A stretch of 64,000 bases of DNA from Dictyostelium discoideum (taxonomy: Eukaryota). This document shows positions 37,463-55,598 of the stretch, in pieces. Position 1 is the stretch's first letter. Every line of letters starts with the position of its first letter. The DNA lies in the NCBI GenBank assembly GCA_000004695.1, contig CM000152.2:480001-544000 (forward strand), read 5' to 3'. The notes under the pieces are model-generated. The model worked only from the letters and a program-made list of their open reading frames with translations. It was not told the DNA's origin and ran no database searches. Position numbers and translations under genes: made by a program.

Positions 37463-39124
37463 TTATGTAGTAGTATTATTATTATTATTATCATCTTCGT
37501 CATCATTATTTTTTTTATTATTATTATTATTATTATCATCATCATCATGATCAATTTGATTATTTTTATTTTGAAATTTATTTTTTAAAAAACTAATTGG
37601 TTTTACTTCAGAAACTTGAACTATTCTATTGATACGATTTGATTCCTCTTCTAGGAGATCACCTAAAAGTTGAATTTGTTCAAATTGATCTTTTGAGAGA
37701 TCAGCAGAGATTAAAGGACAACCCCATAATGGAGCACGTTTACCAGTTGCTTCCTCTTGAACATTTTGTTGTAATTTACATAATTTAATTTGATGATCTT
37801 CTAATTGATCTCTTAATAATAAAAGATTATTTAATAATGATTGATTCTCTTGCTCCTTTATCATACGTTCCATTACCAAACGTTCGAATCTTTGATTTGA
37901 TAATTCCTGTGTGTACATATTTAACATTGATTCCAAATGAAACTCTTTACTGATATTAACACGCTCTTGCTCTGCCAATTCTTTGACTTGCTCCAATAGC
38001 AATTGGTTTTCAGATTTCTCTTTTTTTGAAACCACTTTCTTTGTGGCCATCTCATAGGCATTGTAAAACATGGATGTGTACAACATCACGGTACGGTCGT
38101 CGGCATTGCCATTGACAAGGTCCTCGGCATCCAACAATTTGGGGATATTGAGATTCTTTTCTGCAAAATCAAATACCGCATTCAAACGTGCAATTGAATC
38201 CAATCCCTCCAAGCCGTCCAACTGGCTGAACGACAACTCCTCGCTCCCCAACACCCCGCCCCTCAAATTGGCACCCTCCAATGCCAAATCCGATGTACTC
38301 GATGGGAATTGTGAGAACTGTCTTGCCATTGATAAAAATGCTAAACCATCTTTAAAACCATTTTTAAATTGTGTGACATTCATACCTGTTAAATTTGAAC
38401 ACCATGCTAATAAATTATTCTCTGCTTCTGTTTGTTCCATTGACACTTGATGATTATTGGAAGATGGTGATGATGATGATTCACCACCACTACCACCATT
38501 GGCACGAATACCTAATATTCTAAACTTTCTATATAATGACCATAAAAATCCAAATATCATCTTTTTATTACCATCATAAAAATCTTCTGCACCAATTGAT
38601 GAAATACTTCTAATCTTTATATCTAATTCTTCTTCAATAAACCATAATGCAATTGTAATATTTTGAATTCTATTAATCTTTTTATTAATTTATTAATAAA
38701 TATATATAATTTTTTTTTTTTTTTTTTTTTTTTAAAAAATTTACTTACTTTATCTTTTGGTTCTGGGTTAAATTTTCTTCTACATTTTTTATTTGAAACC
38801 AATTCTAAGAAATATATTAATTTAGTACCATCAGAAAAATCAGTTGAAATATTTTCAATCTTTAAATTCTTTTTTGATAATAAAGAATTAACCCAACTAA
38901 GAAATGCCTTTTTAAAAAAAAAAAAAGAGTAAATATTTTTTTTTTTTTTTTTTTTTTTTTAGATCTATTACAATTTATCACCAAATTATAAAAAATAAAA
39001 TAAAAATAAAAATAATAAAATAACATACTTTTTCTTGTGCACTCTCCCATCTACTTTGAGCAAGTTGAGTTTGTGATATTGGTTGGGTAGAAGTACTTCC
39101 TTCTGCTGATGTTGATGTAGACAT
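37463..39124 (-). CDS. Actin-binding-domain protein: tandem calponin-homology (CH) domains + coiled coil (cortexillin-like), 3 exons, ~489 aa
   Basis: complement join(39029..39124,38749..38907,37463..38677). Donors AAA|GTATGT and GATAAA|GTAAGT; acceptors AAAAAG|GC and AAAAAG|ATT. CH1: AFLSWVNSLL...DFSDGTKLIYFLELVS...IALWFIEEE...GAEDFYDGNKKMIFGFLWSLYRKF. CH2: LLAWCSNLTGMNVTQFKNGFKDGLAFLSMARQF. Then a ~150-aa heptad-rich coiled coil and an acidic/Asn tail. Confidence 0.6.
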
Positions 39125-39366
39125 TTTAAATAAATAAATAAAAAAACATATACAAAAAAAAAAAAAAATTAACAAGAATTTATAAAAAAAAAAAAAAAAA
39201 AAAAAAATAAAAATAACAAAAAAAAAAAAAAAAAAAATAAAAATAAAAATAATATTTTTTTTTTTTTTTTTTTAAATATTTTTTTTTTTTGGGATAAATA
39301 TCTTTTTTTTTTTTTTTTAAAAAAAAAAACAAAACACTTCTTTATTCAAATAATGGACGATGTTTT

Positions 39367-39401
<35 letters not shown>

Positions 39402-39531
39402 GGGTATATTAATACATATGTTTTTGTTTTTTTTTTTTTTCTAAAAATAAAAATAATTTATATATTTTTTTTTTTTTTTATATATTTATTTATTTATTTA
39501 TAGATTTATAGATTTATATTTAAATATCTAT

Positions 39532-39800
39532 TTATAGATACCCAATTGTAATATTATTAATTTTTGAAAAACTAACTAATCGTTTTAAAGGACTATTTTG
39601 TGATAAAGAAGAATTTGATAAAATTGTATTTGATTCTAAATTTAATTGGGTAATTTGAGTATTATTTTTTAAAGTATTCAAAACTAACTCTATAATTTCA
39701 TTTGAAAATGTTATTTGATTTTGTGATAAATTTAATGATTTTATATATTTAAAATCATTTGAATCGTTTAAATTTGTAATTATATAATTATTATTATTAT

Positions 39801-39832
<32 letters not shown>

Positions 39833-41243
39833 TTCGTATTTAATTCGAGTGATTGTTGTTCACTATTTGGTTGTTGTTGTTGTTGTTGTTCTTGTTGATG
39901 TTCTAATTCTAAATCGTAATCAAATTGATTTGATAATAAATTAATTAAACCTTTATTACCAATTTTATTTAAAGATAAATTTAAATGTTCTAAATTTTTA
40001 GACTTTTTTAAAACTCTATAGAAATAGATACAACCTTGTTCGCCAATATCATTCATTGAAAGATTTAAAGATTTGATTGTATTGTTTTTTAATAAACTTT
40101 TACATAATATTTTTGAACCATTTGAATCGATTTTATTCGATGAGAGATTAATATTTTCAATGGAACGATTGAAAGAGAGGGCACGTGATATCTCTTTGGT
40201 GCCCTCCAATGTGAGAGAATTCGATGATAGATCAATGGTTACAATCGAGCATAACGATAGGGATAAAGCATTCGTTATGAATTTTATACCTTGTTCTTGT
40301 ATGGAATTTCTAGTTAAATTGATTGATTTTATGTATTGATTAGTTTCCAATGCTTTACCAATCCCATTTGCGCCGTCGTTGCCTAACGAGTTGCCCCATA
40401 GGTCGATTTCCACAAGGGATCGATTGTCCTTGAGGTATTGGCAAATGTAGTTACTGCCCTTGCTTCCTATAGAGTTGCATCTTAGATCCAACTCTGTTAT
40501 GGTCTTATTCTGGGACAGGGCCTCGCCGATCTCCTTGGCCCCCAAATCCCCGATTTCATTATTACTCAAGGATAATTTAATCAACGAGCACGAGTAGGGC
40601 AGGCCCTTGGCCATCTCAATAGTGCCCTCCTCCATGAGTAGGTTGTAGGATAGTATGATCTCTTGTAAACTTTGATTCTTTTTAAATAGCTCGCATAGCG
40701 GCTTGCCGCTGGCCTTGGTCAAATCGCAGTATGATAATCCTAAGAACTTCAATTTGCTACCACTCTCCTCCAATGCCATTGCCAAGTTCTTAAATCCAAT
40801 ATCACCAATCTTATTTGAAAATAAATTTAAATGTGTCAATTGTTTCATACTCTTTTTTATAACTTCAATATATTCAAGATTCATTGCTTCCCCTCCAATA
40901 ACTTTCAATTGTTTCAATGAGTCCATCCTTTTCATCATTTTAAAACTTTCAATCGCTGGTAAATATTTACATCTATCTAATTTTATACTCTCCATCACTG
41001 ACATTCCAATAGTATTCCATAATTTACTTGTACCCAATATATTTATAAATTCTTTATGATTTGGTGTTTCAATTTTAAATTGTTTAATTAATAATTTAAA
41101 TATATTTCCTAAAATTTCAATTGGTAATTCATTTATATTATCATTTTCAATATTATTATTATTATTATAATTATAATTATAATTATAATTATGATAATTA
41201 TGATAATTATTATTATTATTATTATATATTCTATTAATTATAA

Positions 41244-41274
<31 letters not shown>

Positions 41275-41406
41275 TCCTTTAAAAAATATTTTAATCTTTT
41301 TTGATAAATTCAATTTTTTTAATTTTTTTGTTTTATTATTATTATTATTATTATAATTATTATTATTATTATAATTATTTATTATATCATTTTCGTTTGA
41401 TATCAT
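39532..41406 (-). CDS. F-box / RNI-like leucine-rich-repeat protein, 624 aa
   Basis: F-box-like ELPIEILGNIFKLL near aa 95. At least 12 ribonuclease-inhibitor-type LRRs (LxxLxLSxNxIGdxGakxl). Poly-Asn and poly-Gln tracts. Single ORF. Confidence 0.6.
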
Positions 41407-42674
41407 TTCTTTTTCTAAAAAAAATGGTATGAAATTGAATAATAATTAATATTAATATTAAAAAGAAAGATTTATAGGTTTTTTTTTTTTTTTTTTTTTT
41501 ATTTAAGTTCTCTATTTTATTTTTTTTATTATTTTTTTTATTTTTTCCACATCATTAAAGAGAAAAAAAATATTAAAAATAAAATAAAATAAAATAATTA
41601 AAAAAAAAAATATTAAATTAAATGAATGTGTGAGTTTATAACATACAATTGTTTTTTTTTTTTTTTTTTTTTTTTTTTAATGTTTAAATAATTTATTTTT
41701 AATTCTTTTATTATTATTTTTTTTTTTTAACCTTTTGGTAACTATTTTTTTTTTTTTTTTTTTTTTTCTTTTTTTTAAATATATTTATTTCTATTTTTGT
41801 TAAAAGAGTTGGTATTTATAGCAGCTGTGTGAACACATTAAAAAAAAAAAAAAACAAAACGAGTATTGGCAATTTTCTAATTTGGTATTGTGTGGTTTAT
41901 GTGTGGTAGTGGTGGAATTAATTATATATTGTCTGAAAAAATAATAATAATAATACAAAAAAAAAAAAAAAAAAAAATTTAATTTATAACAAAAACGATA
42001 ATTTTTTTTTTTTTTTCTTTTATTATTTTAATTTTTGATTTTTTTTTTTTTTTTTTGTTTTTCTTTTTCTTTTTTTGATTTTTTTTTTTCCAAAAGGTTA
42101 TATTATATTAATTAGTTAATTAATTGAGACAATTCATTTAAATGCATATGTTGCAACCCGGTGTTTTTTTAAAAAATGAAAAAATGAAAAGGTTTGAAAA
42201 TATTGTGAACAAAATTGAAACGAAAAAATCAATATTAAGCTAAAAAAGTGATTACGCACACGGAATCTATTAGAAATTTGATCCATTGCCTTTTAAAAAA
42301 TAAAAAAAATGAAAAAAAAATAAAAAAAAAATTAAAAAAAAAAAAAAAATTAAAAAAAAAAAAAAAATTTTCCTGTGATGCCACTTACAATTGAAAACTT
42401 AATAAGAGGGTAACAAATACGAATTTTTTTTTTTTATTACAATCCAAACCATTAAATAAATATCTTTTTTTTTTTTTTTTATTTTTTAAATTTCTATTTA
42501 TTTTAAATAAAAAAAAATAAAAAAAAAAAAAAAGAAAAAAAAAAAAATAAATAAAAAAAAAAAATAATTTTGAAAAAAAAAAAAAAATAAAATTAAAAAA
42601 ATATAAAAAAATATTTAAAGATATTTAATTATTAAAAATCTAAAAAGTGTGATAGGGGATTATTTTGAAATTTT

Positions 42675-42706
<32 letters not shown>

Positions 42707-43194
42707 TTTTTTTAACAGCAAAAAATTTAAAAGAAATCTTCAAAGATTGTCGGCTATTTGAGTAATTTTCGTACGCACAGTTTTAATAGATAAAATAAAA
42801 AATAAAAAATAAATGTAAAAAAAAAAAAAAAACAACAGACGAACCAAGAAAAAACGCAGAGTAATTGGTTAACTATTTAATGTTTCATAATTGGGAAGCA
42901 TCCACATATCAACGTAATTGAAAATGATTAGGCTGCCAGAAGAACATCAGATGGCCAATATATTGGTCTAAACTTTGAAAATGTGTGGAAATTAACTAAA
43001 CGATCCCATTAGATACAAACAATTAGAGTTCCACTTTAGATTTACCTCGAAAACATAACGCAATAGAGAAAAAAAAAAAAAAAAAATAAAAGGGTACAAA
43101 GATATTTATTAGACAACCAGTTTAATTTTAATTTTTTAAAAAAAAAAAAAAAAAAAAGATATTTTGGTGTATTTTTAAATTTGGAATAATTTTT

Positions 43195-43560
43195 TTAAAA
43201 CTAAAAATATAAAAAAAAATACCCCCATGTTTACATTCCCGGCGGTTATTGGATATTATTAAAAATCTATTTGGGTTTTCGTATTTTTTTTTTTATTATT
43301 AGAATAAAATTAATTCGGTTCCGCTCTCAAAGTTTGCGTTAAACAAATTTTTTTTTTTTTTTTTTTTTTTTAATTTTGTTTTGTTTTGATTTGTTTTTTT
43401 TTTTTTTTCAATTTTATTTTATTATTTTATTTTATTTTTAAAAAATAAATTTATTATAATGTGTTATTTAATATTAATTCAAATGTTTTTTAATCATTTG
43501 AATTTAAATATCAGATGTTTTAATTGTTTTTTAGTTGAATTAAAATATCAGATGTTTTAA
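43195..43560. repeat. Copy A of ~350-bp duplicated segment (moderately GC core CATGTTTACATTCCCGGCGGTTATTGGATATT ... TTAATTCGGTTCCG ... AAATATCAGATGTTTTAAT)
   Basis: Roughly 85-90% identical to 45440..45760 by eye. The terminal motif AATATCAGATGTTTTAAT is itself duplicated in tandem within copy A. It abuts the stop codon of the minus-strand ORF 43540..44256. Confidence 0.6.
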
Positions 43561-44645
43561 TGATACAAGTGACATATCAAAATAATAATGATATTCCTCA
43601 TAGAAACTATTTAATAGTTTAGTAAAACCTTCTTTATTATCTAATTCATAGGTAAATGAATTTAAAGTACAATTACAATGAATTAAAATATAATCCAATA
43701 AAGTTTTATTGTATCCAACTAAAAATGATTTACTTGTATTATGAGAATGATCAATAACCTTTTTTAATGAATTTAATTCTCTTGGTGGATAATAATTAAA
43801 ATTCATTGCTAATGGATGGGCTTCATCACTTTCATCTAATTGAGCATAAATATCAGATTTAACAATTAATTTCTCTAAATGACTAAATGAATCTTTAATC
43901 TTGGAGTATGGTGTAGTTCTAATGATTGTTGTATAATATTGATTTTTTAAAAATCCATTATTATTATTATAATAAAAAATATTGAATTTATTATATCTAT
44001 GTTCTTTTACTGAATTTAAATAGGTATCAAGAATATCACTTTTATAATTACTTAAAATTTTTGATAATAGTTTTAAAAAATCCCAACAAACCATTGAAAT
44101 ATTCTTTACACTATTCCAAATTATTTGTTCAAATTCATTATTTTTTTTATCAATTATAAAATCTTGATTTAAAACCCTTTTTATAATTTTTGAAATTAAA
44201 ATATAATTATTAATCAATTTTAATGATGATTCACCATGGTTGATGGTTGTATCCATAGTTGTTGTTGTTGTTATTGTTGTTGTTGTTGTTATTGTTGTTG
44301 TTGTTGTTGTTGTTATTGTTGTTGTTGTTGTTGTTGTATTAGGTTCGTTATCATCATTATTATTATTATCACTAATATTATTATTAATTTTTAAATATTT
44401 ATTTATAACTGATACAAATATTCCAACTTTTCTTGGTTTTCCACCTGGTAAACAACGTATAGTTGAATAACCATTTGCAACTTAAATTGATTTTAATAAA
44501 TCTACTTGGTATTGATTTTTAATATTCATTTTTTCAATTGTTTGAGGTAAAACTTTAACAAAAGAAAGATTTAAAACTGAATCACTACTAATTAAAGATG
44601 ATAATTTATCCTATTATTAAATTATAATAATTATTAATGTTAATA

Positions 44646-44732
<87 letters not shown>

Positions 44733-45380
44733 ATAATTATTATTATTATTATTATTTGAAAATAAATATTGAATAGAATCTCTAATTAATGTTGATTTAT
44801 CTAATAATATGGTAAATATGAAACTGAAATATTCATTTCCTATATATTTATAAGAGAATACAGCAAAATAACTTAATTCATGTTCATAGCCTTCTTTTTT
44901 TTGATGAAAAGTGAACCAGTCAAAAATAATAAATAATCTAATAATTTCATTATCTGAATTAATATAACTGAACCAAAATTCAATTGCTTCATCGTATGGT
45001 ATTATATCATAACAATAATTTTTAAATCCAAATTCTATCCATAATTTATCATATGTAAAATCTGAAATATTGGTTAAATTATTTTCTTTGATTTTTTTTA
45101 TTATTGATTCTCTATTATTTTTATAACCACCATTATAATATTGTTTTGATGGTTCGGAAATAATTGCTCTATAAAAATTTCTTAATTTAAATGTTTTAAT
45201 TTTATATCTGACATCTTTAAAAATATCAAATAAATCTTCGAGAATTTGTTCTTGTGTTATGTTTTCTTATTTGATTTTTTAATATTATTTATTATTGTTT
45301 CTCTTTATCATTAAATTCTTTATGAATATTAATAATTGGGTTAACAATAACATAGGAATTATATGTATTTATTTTCATTG
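43540..45380 (-). pseudogene. Interrupted gene of unknown function (possible pseudogene or unresolved introns)
   Basis: An intact ORF 43540..44256 (238 aa, poly-Thr N-terminus) is preceded in the same frame by LPGGKPRKVGIF... and then an in-frame TAA at ~44488. Further upstream there is a >160-codon open frame (~44770..45260: ...IFKDVRYKIKTF...FDWFTFHQKKEGYEHELSYFAVFSYKYIGNEYF...poly-N) with no start codon, and stops in all frames between 44612 and 44640 with no GT donor available. I could not find a single clean spliced model. Confidence 0.3.
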
Positions 45381-45687
45381 TTTCTTTATATACATATAAA
45401 GGATTTTAAAAAAAAAAAAAAAAAAGAGATTTAATTTTTAATTTTGGAATATCATTTTTAAAAAACTAAAAAATATAAAAAAAACCCATGTTTACATTCC
45501 CGGAGGTTATTGGACATTTTTTAAAATCTTTTTGGATTTTCGTATTTTTTTTTTTATTATTAGAATAAAAATTAATTCGGTTCCGTTTTTTGATTTGATC
45601 TTTTTTTAAATTTTATTTTTTAATTTTATTTATTTTATTTTATTTTATTTTTAAAAAATAAATTTATTATAATGTGTTTTTTTAATA

Positions 45688-51677
<5,990 letters not shown>

Positions 51678-51721
51678 TTTTTTTTTTTTTTTAATTTTTT
51701 TTTTTTTTTTTTACTCTATTT

Positions 51722-51780
<59 letters not shown>

Positions 51781-52254
51781 TTATTTATTTTTTTTTTTTT
51801 AAAAAAAAAATAAAACTACTAATAATGAAAATGTTAACATATATTTAATAAATATTTTATTATCTAAAACTGAAATTATTAAAAATATTACCTTATAAAA
51901 AAAAAAAAGTTTTAATATACCTAAATTGGACTATTTTCTATGATAATTTTTTTTTAAAAAAAAAAAAAGGTTTTCTTATCCTTTATAGTTGATACATCTC
52001 TCTTTCATATAGATCAAAAAAAAAACTATGGTATATTTATTTTTTTTTATTTATTTTTATTTATTTATTTTTTTTTTTTTTTTTTGAATATTTGTTTGTG
52101 TAGTTACTGTATTGAAGGTATTAATAGATTTTTTCAAAAATGAGTGGTAAGTTTTTAATATAAAAAATATCTAAAGATTTGAATTGGAATGCCAATAATT
52201 GAAATAGTATGACTTTATATGATATTTATTACAAAAAAAGGAAGAGAGAAAGAG

Positions 52255-52286
<32 letters not shown>

Positions 52287-53250
52287 AAATAAAAAAAACA
52301 ATTTGGAAACCTTAATAAATAAATATGGCAAAAAATAGATTTAAATTTTTTTTTAAAAACAATACATACTGTTGCAATTATTTTTGACATTAAAATTTAT
52401 TAATTTTTTAAAACAGGTGTGGAGTGTGACACTAAAAAAAAAAAATTTCACTGTACGGTGTGTTTGGTGTGTTTTTTTTTTTTTTTTTTTTTTTTTCTTA
52501 AAGTGGTTAGGTTTGGTGGTACATATAATTTTTTTAAAAATAATAATAATAATAAAAAATAATAATAATTTTTTTAAATTTTAAAAAAAAAAAATAAAAA
52601 AAAAAAAAAAATAAAAAACAAACAAAAAAGGTTATTTTATAAATATGGTAAATTATAACTTTTAATTTTTGTTTTTTTTTTTATAAATTTAAAAATAAAA
52701 ATTAATTGAAGTGCATTCAAATAAAAACGATCTTAAAAAAACCTTTCATTATTTTTTTTTTTTAATATATTCATAATTGTTTTTTAATTTTTTTTTAATT
52801 TTTTAATATAAACAATAATAAAATAATTATAATAATAATAAATAATAATAAATTTAAATGATTTTTATTTTTACTAAAATGTTTAGATTATTTTGATTGG
52901 TTTTTTTTTTTTTTTTTTTTTTTTTCATTTCACTAAATTATTTATTTAATTCCTGTCAGTGATTAAACTTTTTTTTTTTTTTTACTATTTTCTATTATTA
53001 ATTTATTTATTATTTATTTATTTCCAGTGGTTAAATTTTTTTTTTTTTTTTTTAAATTAATAAAAAAAAAAAAATAAAAAATAAAAAAAAAAAAAATAAA
53101 AATAAAAATAAAAACAATAATAATAAAAAAAAAAAAAAAAATGAAAATAAGTGATTGTTTAAATTTGAAATCTTTTTTATTTTTATAAAAAAAAAAAAAA
53201 TAATAAAAAAAAAAAAAAAATTAATAATTACCAATTGATAAAGAATTTTT

Positions 53251-54111
53251 TTAAGAAGAAGATGTTGAGATTAAAGGAGATCTCTCATGTTGCACAGGAA
53301 ATTCCAAACCAGATAATATTGTATAATTAATTGCTATTGGTAAGAACCATGTTAAAGGATTTTTACCAAAAACTTGACAAAAGTTTTTTTTAAAACCTAT
53401 ATTAAATATATTTGCTCTTGAACCATCATTACCTTTATCATCTCTTCCTAAATTTCTATTATTACTACTATTATTGCCACTACTTTTATTATTTTTTTCG
53501 AAATGTTCAATTGTAGTTTCATTATAAAGTATATATTTGATATGGGTCATTGTAAAAAAGAAAAGTCCCAAACCAAATACTAATGCTATAATTGAAACTA
53601 TTCCTAATACTACACTATCTGATCCCTGTTTAAAAATAAATTTCATTTTTTTTTTTTTTTTAATTCCCATTATATAATTTTAAAAAAAAAAAAAAAAAAA
53701 AAAAAGTATTTACTTACTTGTTGCAATAAATTTTTAAGATTTGCTGAAGTTGTACATAAAACAAATAAACATAAGGTTGTACTCCACATAAGAAATAAAA
53801 CAAAGAATTTATAGTTATAAAAGCCAACACAATTATTTATGAATGGGCTATTATAATTATTATTAATTTCAAAGAGTTAATAAATAAATAAAATAACTAT
53901 TAATTAATTGTTTTTCGTTTTATTAAATACATACCAATGATGATCCATTTTTAATATACATCTTTTACATTTTGAACAATGATGACATCTATCTGGTTTA
54001 TTCAATGAACATTTTGAACATTTTCTATTCTTTCCTGAACTATTAAATTCATAAAATGAAACTGATTCTAAATCCTGTGATTGAAGTAACTAATGTTTTT
54101 AGGTTAGTAAT

Positions 54112-54144
<33 letters not shown>

Positions 54145-54528
54145 TTATTTATTTATTTATTTATTAATAATGATAAATTACAAAATCTGGAAAATTATTT
54201 GGAATACCACCTGGGTCAGTAAAAGAAGCTCTATAAAAGCATATTTGAGTAATTATAAATATCAAATGAAAGAAAACCAATACTAAAAGATTACCAATTC
54301 GATTGTTGTCAAAATTATTATAAATGTTTTTTGTATAATAAAAAACGAATGGGATATAACAAAAGAGGAATAATCCTTCTAAAAATATAATTGGACATAG
54401 ACCTAAATTTATCCTACTCCTCCAAAATTCTTGTTTTTTTTTAATTATTATTATTTCATTTCCATTATTTTGTTCTAAACTTTTTTCAATTTCATCTTCA
54501 ATACTAAAATTATTATTATTATTACTAC

Positions 54529-54622
<94 letters not shown>

Positions 54623-54784
54623 GTTGTTATTATTACTACCACTACCACCACTACTATTTAAACTTGTATTTGTTGAACTATAATTTTTATTTTCATCACC
54701 ATCATCATGAAAGTTTTCTTCATTTATTATAACTTTCATACTGTTGGAATTCCAATATGGTGACTGATTGTCATTCTCTTTCAT
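53251..54784 (-). CDS. DHHC-type protein S-acyltransferase (zDHHC), 4 exons, ~425 aa
   Basis: complement join(54172..54784,53935..54089,53718..53847,53251..53625). Donors TTT|GTAATT, TG|GTATGT and CAA|GTAAGT. The catalytic cysteine-rich domain [19 protein letters not shown]|[15 protein letters not shown] is split by intron 2 after DHHC. Four TM helices. Poly-Asn insert in exon 1. Confidence 0.7.
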
Positions 54785-55598
54785 TTTTTATTTTTTTTTT
54801 ATTTATTTATTTAAATTTATAACTGCCAATGGGAGAGAAAAAAAAAAAATAGGGGCGTTACATATAAAGTTTGAAAAAAAAAAAAAAATAAAAAATAAAA
54901 AAAAAAAAAAAAAAAAACCGGAAAATTTTTTTTAATTATTTTTTTATTTAAAATTAATTATTTTTTTTTTTTTAAGAATGATTATAAATATACTTATATA
55001 TAATTTATTTAAAATTTTTTTTAAAGAATGATTATAAGCATACTTATATATAATTTTTTTTATATTTATTTATATTAATTTTCAGCAATACCTAAAAAGA
55101 AAATTGATAATAATAAAAAAAAATAAATATAGAAAAAAATTTACCATATTGAAAATAATATTTATTTTTTTTTTTTTTTCCAAATAAAAACAATTGGAAA
55201 TTCCATAAATGTCAATGTGATATTGAACATAGAAAGAAGATTAATTTTTTTTTTTTTTTCCAAGATCCAGTTTTAGAAAATAATTAGAATCAAGAAAAAT
55301 TCAGCAAGCAATCGAACATCAATCAATAAAAAACACACAATTTCTATAAAAAAATAAAAATAAAATTCTAGCAATATCTCAAATTGATTTTTTTTGTTTT
55401 GGTTTTGTTAATTAATTTTTTTTTTTTTTTAACTTTTTTTTTTTTTTTTTTTTTTTATTAAGATCTATATCATCTATATCTTATGTGATGTAAAAAAAAA
55501 TTCTTATATTATTATTATTTTTTTTTTCATTTTTTTATTTTTTTTATTTTTTTTTATTTTGATACTTTTATTTTTTTTTTTTTTTTTTTTTTATTTAT

